DNA from: Chlorokybus atmophyticus
Taxonomy: Eukaryota; Plantae; Mesostigma and Chlorokybus algae
NCBI GenBank assembly: GCA_009103225.1
Contig: RHPI01002699.1
Location: 382,636-446,635 of the forward strand
Direction: 5' to 3'
Length of the DNA stretch: 64,000 bases
The position numbers and the translations under genes were made by a program. This document shows positions 31,280 through 43,697 of this stretch, piece by piece (the first letter of the stretch is position 1; each line of letters starts with the position of its first letter). The notes beneath the pieces are model-generated. The model saw only the letters and a program-made list of their open reading frames with translations. It did no database searches and was not told the origin of the DNA.

Positions 31280-34207
31280 ATGGTCCTCCCCGCCATGGTC
31301 GCATGGTTCTTGCGCCTGCACCGCACATTCGGCCTGCCTTTTCTGCTGCTCATCATTGCCATCTACTGGACTCAGGCACGTTTTATGTACATGCGCGCGC
31401 ACACACGTATGCACGTGCGTGTGCATTTACTTTCATCATCAGCATGGTCGCATGCACACATGCCTGCGCACGTGCATCCTGAAGATGCGTGCGGCGCGCC
31501 TTCAGCCTGCCTGCCGCTTACCAATGCCAGGTTTACTGAACTCAGGCATTGTAGTGGTGCATACACAAGCTGAGGTTTAAGTTGCAACATTGCATGCTGA
31601 CACGCCTACATGCACATGTGTGCATACAAACATGCATATGCATGAATGCATGCACGCACATATGTGCGTGCATGCATTCTCACCCGCATGCCTGTGTCCA
31701 TACAAGCGCGTTGTGTGAATGCACGCAAGCACAGGCACAGGCATCTCAGTGCCTGCCGTAGCAGCACCCCTCTTTCTCAAGAAGCATCCAACTGAGACCC
31801 TCACTCTCTCTGTCATGTTTGTGTAGGGTTTCAAAGACTTTGCATGGCTCGGGGTCACATTTCTCCTCAAAGACGCGCTTGCATTGAGGCCAACAGCAGC
31901 GCAGCTCCTTCATTCCACTGCATTCCTGCCTTGGTCCATCAAGCCCATATACGGGTAAACGTGCATGTCTCAATGGCCGACACTGTCATACCGTAATGCA
32001 CACAGCACGTTTATACCAGGTTTCACACGCAGAGTGCTGTCTGACTGCTTGCCCATATGGGGTTCGCGGCGGATAAGCTACATCGTGATTGGTGCAGTCC
32101 TATCTGCAGCCTCATGGCTGGCTCTAGCAGTCATGCCAGCATTGCGCTCATCAGGTGGGGGCATATTGGTCTTGGCGTCATCTACATCTGTCAAACAAAC
32201 AAAACCTCATCAGCAATGGTTGCAGCTGCGATGCTGTTGCTCATGCTCGTGCTCGGCAATGTTGGAGCAGCCTTGAGTGACGTGGTCATAGACGCCATGA
32301 TTGCCCAGGTAAGTCATGCAACCAATGGCTGAACTTGATGAAGTATAGACAGAGTCGAGTAGAGTAGCGTGGAGATGCGTGAATAGTATTGTGTAAGGTA
32401 GACAGCAAGTATCCTAAGTTCAGTTGCAGTCTTATATATTGAGCTTGGAGCTGTGTCCAGGCCACGCGGTCGGAGAGGGCGGAGTTTGCGGGTGACTTGC
32501 AATCGCTGAGTTGGATCACTATGTCTGTCGGGGGCCTTTTGGGTGCCATATCTGGGGGTGTCGCTATGACCAAGCTCGATGTGAAGGTGGGCTCTGATAA
32601 AACGCAACGGTTGCCAGCCCATCATTAGCATAATCATCATCAAGCTCGTTGCACACAGGTGATTTTTGGTGTCTTTGCGTTGTTTCCCATGTTTGGGCTC
32701 GTGGTCACGCCATTCGTACCCGACGACAATGTGGCTGCTAAGAGCCAGCAGTCTTCACCACAGGTATAGGTATGCACCTTAATGTTGCAGATGGGTGTGT
32801 TGTAACCAACCAACAGTTTGTCGATTGCAACATTGCAGTGGGAGCCTACAGCTTACCATCACGCAGTGCATCTGAGCGACGAGGATGAAGAGCTTGGTGT
32901 CCTCTATCCCAATCGCAGAGGCCGAAAAGGTGTCGTGAGCGTAGTCATAGCTCATCTGCGACGGCTTGTCCACGCTATTAAAGACCCGCACATATTCTGG
33001 TAAACACCATGTCAATGGTAAAGAAGTCTTGCTAACTGCTGCATACAAGTCTTCCTCATACACAGTTGTCGCGGCATAGGCCCTTGCTTTGGTTCTTTGG
33101 CTCCAACTGCGTAGTTCCTCGCATGCCGTCGGCGATGTTTTACTTCTGGACAAATGAGCTGCGACTTGACGCGTCCTTTGTCGGTCTCATCAAGACTGTC
33201 GGATGGGCGGCTCTGATGGTTGGCACTGCCATCTACAACCGGCACCTTAAACGTATGTATTCTGCATGCAATCTTTATCTATATGTCAGTGACAAGTATA
33301 CTTGCACCATCCAGCAACTTGACTTGATACACTACACTTGGTACTGTACAGCCTTGACAGCAGTGGGCTGTATCGTTGACTAAATGGTTCTATGTAGGCA
33401 CCCCTTTGCGCAAGGTGTTCAGATGGGCGCACGTAGCGATGGCATGCTGCACGGTGCTGGACCTGTTGCTTGTATTGCGGTTAAACCCGTATTTTGGCAT
33501 CCCTGACAAGCTGTTTGTCCTGGCTTCATCAGCCTCTGCAGACGCCATCGCGCAGTTCAAGTAAGTGCTCTCCCAAAGGCGCGAGTAACAAGATTTTGCA
33601 ATGATGTTGCCTCTGATGTTCATCATACTCACCAGGTTTATGCCATTCTTGGTACTGAGCGCACGCTTGTGCCCACCTGGTCTTGAAGGCACGCTCTTCG
33701 CGCTGTTCATGAGCATCTCCAACTTCGGCTCCACACTTTCCAACTACAACGGCGCTTTCCTTGCACATATTTTGCACATCACACAAGTAAGCATGCTTGT
33801 AACAAATGAGTACAATTTGCATGTTGGAGTGGGGAGATAACATTCTGCGCACACATACGAAAGCCTCATTGACCCATAAACACGCAAGTGCGCATGCTGT
33901 TGTGCAACTTGTTCACTGGACTACGCACACAGAACAGTGTTTGTAAACGGACAATGTAGCATTCACAGAAGTGTTGCTGACTGTTGTACACCACTTTATG
34001 CTGCAGGACAACTTCCAACGGCTTCCGCTTGCCATCATGCTGCAGGCTGTAAGTTTGCTTCTTCCAATCCTGTTCCTAAGGCTGATACCCAACACTGTCA
34101 ACAGTGACGACACTGACGATAACAACGTTGAGAACAATCGCAACAGCAAGTGGGAAAATGGCGCTCAGCATGCAGCTGCGGAGGAGTGGAGGGTTGAGAT
34201 TGCCTAG
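31280..34207 (+). CDS. folate-biopterin transporter (BT1/FBT family, MFS)
   Basis: Spliced motifs IYWTQGFKDFAW..LPWSIKPIYGVLSDCLPIWGSRRISY, LSDVVIDAMIA, ARLCPPGLEGTLFALFMSISNFG, with multiple hydrophobic helices. Intron 1 (31376-31826) is GC-AG. Confidence 0.92.
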
Positions 34208-35403
34208 GGTGAGTTGCTACATTTTTAAAGGCAGCTATTCTTCTTGCAACAAGGTGTTAGTGCAAAGTCACGGCTAGATTAGTATTGCTATGCGTGTGTA
34301 TTTGCGGCTGTGAGTGTATAGTTTATGCAGGGTTGTTATGCAGAGTGCATACAGTATCTACCCGGACAGAAGCCTGGCAATCAAGCATGGGGGGCAAACA
34401 ATTGTCATCCATGACAATTATTGTGGGTATAAGCCGTCAGATACACTTAGCAAGCGCTAGTTATGTTCTCATCGGCGTAACTTGTTCAAATACAATGTCC
34501 CTGACTCTACACAAAGAAGTGCCCCCCGATAAGCTGCCCCTTTCCGAAATGAGGGCGGGGGGCTTGCATAATATGGGGGGGGTTGTACCTTTTTATCTAA
34601 GCAAGGCTTTTGTTTGGGGAACTACGATAGGTGCAATCTGATGCTTCGCATGATGCATGCCTTGTGATATTTTGTCCATGTGCACATTGTCGTATACAAA
34701 CAATAGTGTGTAGCACAACAGAGTATAGTCCCACATCCCAATTTGTGCACATACAATAATGTGGTTGGTATGCGTTGTCTCACTTTGCATGCTGCTGACT
34801 GTGCATACCACTATGCATGTACATTTCTATTTCGCATTATATGTAAAACCCGATAGTCTACACAATTGTAGTAAAAACTTGCATCTTAACACAACGTTGC
34901 CGCCATTTATGCAAACGGCACTTAAACACGCGCATATGCGGTAAACAACAACTGAAGTATTGCATCACACATGATGTTGCTAGCTTTAGCCGCCTGCATG
35001 TTAGCTGTTAAGTATGCTGCCAGATAAAAAGTTTTAAATTGAACAATTTTGGTTACATAAGTTGTGACACTACGGCACTTGCAGCAAGCATGTAGCCGAG
35101 ATGTTATTGCGCAATACCGCGATAATGAGCGGATAACTTACTTAGATAGTGTCATGTACACAATTGTGTAAGGCTTTTGTAAAACACATTTGAGGCGTAC
35201 CTTAATAAGCTGAGGACTTAATGTGATAATAACCAACCATTGATTATAAGATCAATTGAGAGAGTCTTCCGCTCCATACATATTCAAAAATGTGCACAAG
35301 GTCACAGTGTCCGGAATAGTGCTAGACAAGCAGCACACGCCCGATGCAACAGCAACGTCAATGCACGATATAACAACTGCTTGATGCGCGCTATCATGCA
35401 ATA

Positions 35404-35572
35404 GCTGCGCAGGCCTCAAGCTAAGAGCAACACCGCGTTTAATGAGGTAGTCATAGCGGCAGGCCGCGCAAAAACCATGATTGATTACATTGATGCAAGC
35501 TAGCATGCAACAACTGCGCAGGCCTCAAGCCATAAGCAACGCCACGTCTGATAGGGTAGTCATAGGGGCAGA
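35404..35572. repeat. diverged ~110 bp tandem duplication
   Basis: CTGCGCAGGCCTCAAGC..AGCAAC..GGTAGTCATAG.GGCAG occurs twice, at about 35404 and 35514. Confidence 0.6.
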
Positions 35573-35705
35573 TTACGCATTTACCACGTTTTAGTACAAG
35601 CGTAAGGTTATATTATCAGCTGACAAAACGATTTGACAATAGCTATCTATGTGACAACCCGTTGGTGTACCATTTTAAAGTTGAATAAAGCACAAATGTT
35701 GTAGA

Positions 35706-36284
<579 letters not shown>

Positions 36285-37388
36285 CATCCCCGTCGAGAAC
36301 TCTTTGTCTAGACAAAGTATGTTACATTAAGCATTTCATATTTCATTTGTACACAAAGTATATAAAATGCTTAACGTGGCATATTTTATTCATCGCAACA
36401 TTAAAAACTTTTGTTTTTGCTGCAATGAAAGTCAAGTACAGCTTTTATTAAATTGATACAGAGAATAAGGTAATAATTTCATTGCTTATCGCAAAGCTGC
36501 TGATAAAATGCTGCATTAATTTAGGCTCGTCAAGATCCATGGAGTGGATGACGATATTCATTGTATACATTTTTGCATTGGCTGGCATTGGGTCCTTCAA
36601 TGGTTTGCACTTGGTTTGCATTTACATTTATACCAACGTTATTTGCATTATGTAACGTTTACTCATTATGTATGCACCATTGTAACATAATAATTTTCGT
36701 TATGTGTATGCAACTCTGATTGCATTGAGCTTCAAGCATAGATTGATACTATTTAAGATGACATTCACACTATCACGTGTCAGGCACGCAACATTGGCCA
36801 TGACGATAATAAACACATGTACAAGTGTATATATGTGTATATATGAAGATATATATACGTATGTGTGTGTGTGTGTGTGTGTGCTTCGTTGAATGTGCAA
36901 TGCAATGTGAGGCAAGGCAAGGTAGGCAGCAATCGTCAACCTCAATGCATAGGCTTCCTGGATGGAGGTAAAGCATGTATGCTTTAAGACCGCAATGACT
37001 TATAACACATCTTATATGCTGCAAATTGAATAGTGATAGATATATTATGATTTGAATGAAGCAAATGCAATTATCTACTAGTCATCAGCGGAAGTAATCC
37101 ATACAATGTTACATACTCTGTAACAGGTACATGTACACAGATTGTGTGACATAATCTGCATGACAAACCATAGGTAACCTACGTCATGCAGGCGTTTGCA
37201 ATGAATGAACGATTGTAGCCTACAATCGTTCACAATCTGTTGGTGAATGTGTACCCAGCTACGAGGCTGCTACCCATTCAATGGCGTGCAAATGCTCCGT
37301 AATACTCCTTCGTAAATAGCGAGAGACTATATACAAAAAGAAATTCAATACGGGTAATACGGATGTGCCCCGCCAAATATACGTACGG

Positions 37389-38010
37389 ATGCCCTGCACC
37401 TCACGCTTCACCACTGCACTGACTGGTGAGTCACCAGCCACCAGCGTGAGTGCAACAGGCACTCACGCTTGCGACGCAACAACCGCATCCATGCATCGTC
37501 GTTGCCTGCAACGGACGCCGGCAAGCAGCCACGTGCATCTGGCAGCCGTAGACTGTGGGTTTCTGCCTCCTTTTCGCGAGACCTATGTGTACTTCATCAT
37601 CAGACGTCACCATCAACGTGCGACGAGAAAAGCTCAAACGTTTGCCAAGAGGGAGAGAGACTCGCGGCTTGCCAGGAACAACAGAATACCGCAGAAAAGC
37701 AGCGCATATAACCCCGGAGGAAAATGGCTCCCAAAGGAACGAGCCACGTGGAACAATGCCGCATTCCCAGGCATGCTGTGGAATTTGTGGCCAGGTGGAA
37801 GCCTGCAACGCGGCGGCGAGGTGTATGCCATGGGCGGGGGTAAGCTTCGCTTGTGAGGGGCGTAGTGTCTGGTTGAGTGTTGTAGTTTCGCCCGTCAGCT
37901 TGTTGACAGCTGCTTGAACGCAAACACGACTGCAATTGAAGAAACACACATATTAGTCAGCCTGCCAGACACGTGGTCGGTCGAGAGAAGTAACGGGTGC
38001 GTACAGTTGA
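37389..38010 (+). CDS. possible short orphan spliced ORF (about 126 aa)
   Basis: Exons 37389-37425, 37546-37839, 37961-38010 join with consistent phase-1 GT-AG sites. No homology recognised. Confidence 0.3.
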
Positions 38011-41000
38011 AGGTGTATTGGCTTGCTGTATGTAGTTGTTGTGGACTTGTAACCACAGTGCAAGGTAAGCTGGACTGCCCTAGCCTGATCCAGCTTGGGC
38101 TGGGTTAAGCGGCTGTTACACTGCAAGGTCATCAGTAAAGTAAGGTGCGGTCACTGGGGCGCTACTAAAAGCAGTTGCTTTCAGCTGGCCAATGCAGCAG
38201 CGTGCAGCTACATTGCTTGTCAAGCCCAACCACAGACAATTGTTCGTCCCAATACTCGTTGTGCAAGGTGCGTGCTACCGTTTCACTGCTGCATTGGGCA
38301 CTTACAAAACAGCAATGCCCCCCGTGCATGACTGTTTAGCAGGCTCAACAAGCTGTCATGACCTTGCCTCAGTAGCTTATTCTTCACTCCTTATGTCTCC
38401 TGCTAGCTGGTTGTTGATTCAGTTGCATCCTGGTAACAAGCAAACAACTGCGTGATTGCAGTCTGAGCTCAGAGACCAATCGAAGGCTGAAACAAGCTGT
38501 TGAGCGTGTAGCGGTCGCCGCGCATTGCACTTTGTGCTTATGCGTGGTATGCTTTGCAGCTCAGCCAATTGTCTACAGTCAAGGCATACATATTCACCAG
38601 TCGTGCCACAGCTGATACTGTAGTGACGGTCACTGCTGTAACTTACGACAACGGTTGCATTGCCCTCTCGCGCAATTCGCTGGTATGGTGAGATGATGCA
38701 GGAAAATGCTGCTAGCAGTCTTATGCATGCATGAGTACGTGCGCTTGTGGGCGAACCTGGGCACACTTGCTGTCTTGATTGCCATCGTGGTGAGGTTTTG
38801 TACACAGTGTGGATGCTAGTCTGGCCTGGCCTGCGCCAGCTCGGGGCTGAGCTGCTTTTCCGCTGAAAGACCCAGCAGCAAGTTGCTTACACAAAGGTGC
38901 CGTGTTACGCGCTCGAGAAAGGGCAAACTAACTTGGTTTGAAGCTTCAGCTGTGGCAACCAACTGGCTATACCAGCCATAAGCAGCCAAGTTGATTGTGC
39001 TAGGTGCGTGCTCCTGTCGTGTTTGTTTGTAAACACACTGCCCCAGCCAGTGCATGCTTGTGAGAAGCTTGCCTCAGCAAGAAGCTCGTAATTGCTTTTG
39101 CAGGTTGGCTGCTTGCCAGTCCGTTGCATCAGTTGCATGTAACAACCGAAGCTGCTTGAACACCCCGACGTAACAAATATCTAACGCCACATCTTGCAGT
39201 TGAGCGTGTGTAAAACCCCGCCACAAGGTGCACCTTAAGTTTACATGCCTGCAACGCAGCAAACTATACGGCGGCGAGTTGTATGATGCCGTGTATGCCA
39301 TGGGCTGGTCAGCTCTTTTCCTCTCCTCCAGCTTGTGTGGTGAGCTTTGCGATTCTTGATTGATTGATTGTCACTTTGGATCGTTTAGCTTGTTGACAGC
39401 TGGACGCACCACCAAAACAACTGCCAACCAAGTTAACAGCCTGTGAGACCCGTGGCCGGTCGAGCAAAGTGACGGGTGCGTGCACTTGGAGGTGTACTGG
39501 CTTGCTGTCCCGATTCTTGTTGTGACGTTGTGCACACAGGTTGTAAGGTAGGCTGGGCTGGCCTCGCCTAACCTGATTGATCTAGGTTGGGCTGGGGTGC
39601 TGGCTGATTGCGGAGGCCACTGGGTTTAAACTACAGCAGCCTTCAGCTGGCCAAAGCAGCAGTGTGCAGTTTCAACTAAGTTGAGATAACCGTCGTGCGA
39701 AGTGAGTGCTAGCGGTTCACTGCTGCATTGTGCATGTGCAGAAAACAAATTGAGTGCGAATAAGAAAGGTCGACCCGGTGAGTTGATGCAAGGATGCTGC
39801 AAGCAGTCTCGTGCGCATCGCAGTCTGCTTGCAGCAGTGAGCATTAGCACTCACTTCGCACATATTTGTCAGGTATGCAAGTCCTGGTAGCGTACACACA
39901 TAGCCACCCTGGACATGCGTGCATGCACCTGCACACTCTTGCTGCCTTGCTTGCTGTCGTTGTGCAAGCAGTATAGACGCTAGTCTGGCCCTGCACTAAC
40001 TTGTGCATGCTAGACTGGGCCTCTTCTTCTGCTCCAAGGCACAGAGCAGTTTGTTACTTACGCAGGTGCATTGACACTTCACTCGACAGTTTACAAGTTG
40101 ACTGGGTTGGACAGCTGGGGCTACCATCTGGCCAAACCAGCCATGCGAAGCTAAGGTGACTGTTAAGGCCAACAGCCATGGGTTGCTTATGCAAGGTGCG
40201 TGCTACTGTCGTTATGTGTGCATGCACAATGCCCCGGCCAGTGCATGAATGGGAGTGTCAAGCTGAGACAACGCGTAAGCTTGCCTCAGCAGCAAGCTCG
40301 CAACCACTTTGGCTGCTTGCCAGTCCGTTCAGCTAACTCTGTTGCATGTGACGTCTTTGTGAACAGTCTGACTTGAACATCCCTCATCCAACGACGCTAC
40401 ATTATGCACTTGAGCATATGTGTGTGTATGTGTGTGTTTGTCCGTCACATAGTGCACCCTGTGCTGCCATGCATGCTGTGCTTGGTCAATGGTCTGCGGC
40501 CCATAGCGTCACACGGTATGTTTGCCAGTGCTAAGGGCTTTTGCAGTGAGATTTATCAAGAAAAAAAGTCAGTACAACCAGTGACTTTAGGTTCCAAGCT
40601 CAAGAGACACTACTTGTCAATTGTTCAGTAAGCTACTATGCAAGAAAAGCTTTTCAGCCACTATGGGTGAGTGCATCAAGGCAAAATTTGCCAGCAGTGC
40701 TCATGCATGCACACTCATGTGGGCACACACGCACACGTACATACGCATGCACAGTTGCACATAAAATTTTGCATACATATGCACATGCATGCACGTGCGG
40801 AACTGTAGATTGCACAGTTGCTGTCTTGATTACTGCGTTGAGGTTGTGCACATAGTGCGCAGGCTGGCCTGGGCTTGCCTGCTTTGGCCGAAGACACACA
40901 GCAGCAAGTTGGGTAATGTGGTGAGGTGTGCTGAACGGTGATGAAGTTGCCGCGGCAGAACCGGGGCTAAAGCAACAGCGGCTAGCAGTTGGGGTTGAAG

Positions 41001-41230
41001 CGCTAAGTTGATTGTCACACACAGGTAGCCGACTCTTGAATCCGTTGCAAGGCGCGTACCACTGCCTATTCACACTGCAGCATGCATGACTCTGAGGACA
41101 TGGAGCTGAGGCAAGCTCGTAGCAGCTTGCCCCAACTTTAGATGATTAGCGGCAAGCTTGCTCACGTTCAGCAAAGTAACCACTCACAACATCTGCATTT
41201 CTCAGTCTGAGATACGACTTGACTGCACTG
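37895..41230. repeat. cryptic diverged tandem segmental repeats (2-3 copies)
   Basis: Block X at ~37895-38230 and ~39385-39700. Block Y at ~38815-39200, ~39980-40400 and ~40855-41230. Shared strings include AGCTTGTTGACAGCTG, GCTTGCCTCAGCA, TTGGCTGCTTGCCAGTCCGTT. Confidence 0.75.
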
Positions 41231-42436
41231 TACTATGCTGTTGCGTGCATGTGTGCGTAGCCACTGCGCAGTGCTCTTGCATAACAGGTTGCTCACACAA
41301 GTTCTGTGCTTGCAGCGGTCAATGTCTATGGTGTTCAAGCATATGTTGGCAGTTTGTGTTTGGTGCTGTGGGTTGGTTCCAGTGCCCTCACGTGTGCTTG
41401 GTATTGGCAGTCTTGCCTGTACATGTGCGAGAGCGAGCCCACACGGCTAAATTGATGAGTCAACAATAGGCATCCTGGTTCAAAAAACATGCTGCTCATG
41501 CGGGCACGCGCATGTGCACATATGCGCACTCATACACGCCTGTGCACATGCACGTGTGCACGTGAACGCGTGTGCGCATGCACGCATGTTTTTTGGAGCA
41601 ACACGCAAAGACACACACGCGCATGGGCCGCCAAGCAGCTGTATGCTTGTGTGCGTGTGCACACGGTGTGACATGCATGCACAGAGGCAGATATGCACAT
41701 AGCATGCGCTTCCCTGGCTATACATGTGCACAAACACATGTACTCACTGAGAAGGAGCAAGCGCAGGCACAGGCACAGGCATTAACATACAACACTTCAA
41801 TCACACATACACACGGACGCGCTTACATGCACACACGCACGTGCATGCGCATGCGCACATACACAGGCTTCCACACGCACGTACGTTCGCTTCTGCAGCA
41901 ACATACGAGTGCATGCACGGGGAACCCAAGTAAGACTCGTCAGTATGAGCATGCATGTTTGTTTGGAAGCAATTGTGTTGTGGCACTGCGCACCAATTCA
42001 CACGCATGCAATGACATGCAGATGTGTAGGTTGTTGCCTGTTGTCCGTTCTAACAGCTGTGCACAAGGCCAAGTTGAGACCAGGGTTACACACCACTTTG
42101 CTGACGTAATACTGCTGGCAAACCTATCAGGTACTATCTGGTATTGCAACCGTAGCTGGGTCATTCGAAGGGCACGTGTGGAGTGGTACAGTCTCAGTGC
42201 GCTTTGCTGCTCGTGCATTAGGCGATGCCAATGTGTCACAATGTTTTTGATTATCACTCACTGGTGGGTGTGCATCGTGCGTCCATCTAGTGCTTATTCA
42301 GAGCTGCTTAGTAACCTTCGTAACTTCATGGCCTGAATGCATCGACTTTACAAGTTGCAGCATTGATGTGCGCATTCATGTACTAAGTTGCGAATTGCCA
42401 CAGTAAAAAGCAGGTACATGCGTTGATGCTGCCAGG

Positions 42437-42657
42437 CCGAGGAGAGTTGAGGGTCACGCTGTCTCGGACAGCGGCAGGGAAAGACATGCTTGCTAGACAT
42501 GCTACTGCAACATGCTGTAGTGTAGCAAAAGCAAAAGATAACCCAGCTCTCATGACGACAAGTGCTTTATGGAGCTGATCTGTTGCTAAGTAGTATGAAT
42601 ATGTGGAATCGGTCTCCTCCTTAATACATGCTGTGCTGTAGGACACACAGTCAATAA
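42437..42657 (-). mobile_element. diverged second copy of the host Ty3 LTR sequence
   Basis: Direct repeat of 43251-43470 (GAGAGTTGAGGGTCA.GCTGTCTCGGACAG..GACATGCTTGCTAGACATGCTACTG..CACACAGTCAA). Confidence 0.65.
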
Positions 42658-43222
42658 GCCACTACCATAGGTAGTGCTGTTTACATAGTCCTTTGCATGA
42701 GTGGAAAATGTGTTACACTGTTAAGTGAGGTGAATGAGCAAGCAACACGTGGATGCTGTTCCCTGACCAATGCCAACAAGTACACCGCAACCAAGCACAC
42801 CAAGCTCACAGCAATGATAAGCACACGAGCATGCACAGGCTTTCACATGCTGAGAGGGTTCTTGCTAACCGGGACGGCGTGTTCGCAGTTCAAGTCGCTT
42901 CGCAAGCTCTTAGCTTTTTCACTCACAATGTCACCAGCTGATCCAGTAAACATTGCGGCTACTTATACAAGTCAAATCATGACTAGTCAGAGCATAAGCT
43001 GATGGTCAAATTGCGGCTATTTTAAAAAGAATCCCCACTCGTTATGGAACACAGCTCATAACCGAACTTACAAACGAACGACTACGCGCGGTGCATATGT
43101 AATCTACAATTAAAAGCTACAGTAGAGTCATGCCTTAGCTACTGGTCAATGTCGCGCGTGAGTCTTCATGTTAATAGGCCGGGCGAGAGCCTCGATGTGG
43201 GCATACTTGACGAAGGCTGATA

Positions 43223-43470
43223 TGTAAGACAATAGGCATGACAGCTGTCGGGCTAAGGAGAGTTGAGGGTCATGCTGTCTCGGACAGCCGCATGAAAAGA
43301 CATGCTTGCTAGACATGCTACTGTAACATGCTGTAGTGTGTAGCAACAGCAAAAAATAACCCAACTCTCATATTATGGAGCTCCGTTGCCGTTGCTGCTG
43401 AGTAGTACGAATATGTGGAGTCGGTCTCCTCCATCGTGTACATGCTGTGCAGTGAGACACACAGTCAACA
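43223..43470 (-). mobile_element. putative 3' LTR of the minus-strand host Ty3/gypsy element
   Basis: Begins TGTTGA immediately after a poly-G PPT that flanks the gap. The distal boundary (..CTTACA at 43223) is tentative. Confidence 0.55.
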
Positions 43471-43476
43471 AGCCCC

Positions 43477-43697
43477 NNNNNNNNNNNNNNNNNNNNNNNN
43501 NNNNNNNNNNNNNNNNNNNNNNNNNNNNNNNNNNNNNNNNNNNNNNNNNNNNNNNNNNNNNNNNNNNNNNNNNNNNNNNNNNNNNNNNNNNNNNNNNNNN
43601 NNNNNNNNNNNNNNNNNNNNNNNNNNNNNNNNNNNNNNNNNNNNNNNNNNNNNNNNNNNNNNNNNNNNNNNNNNNNNNNNNNNNNNNNNNNNNNNNN
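43477..43697. other. assembly gap (221 N)
   Basis: N run flanked by C-runs on both sides. Confidence 1.

Noticed and set aside
36302-36317. Perfect 16 bp palindrome CTTTGTCTAGACAAAG beside the CT tract
   Set aside because: A single occurrence with no flanking TSD or partner, so no function can be assigned.
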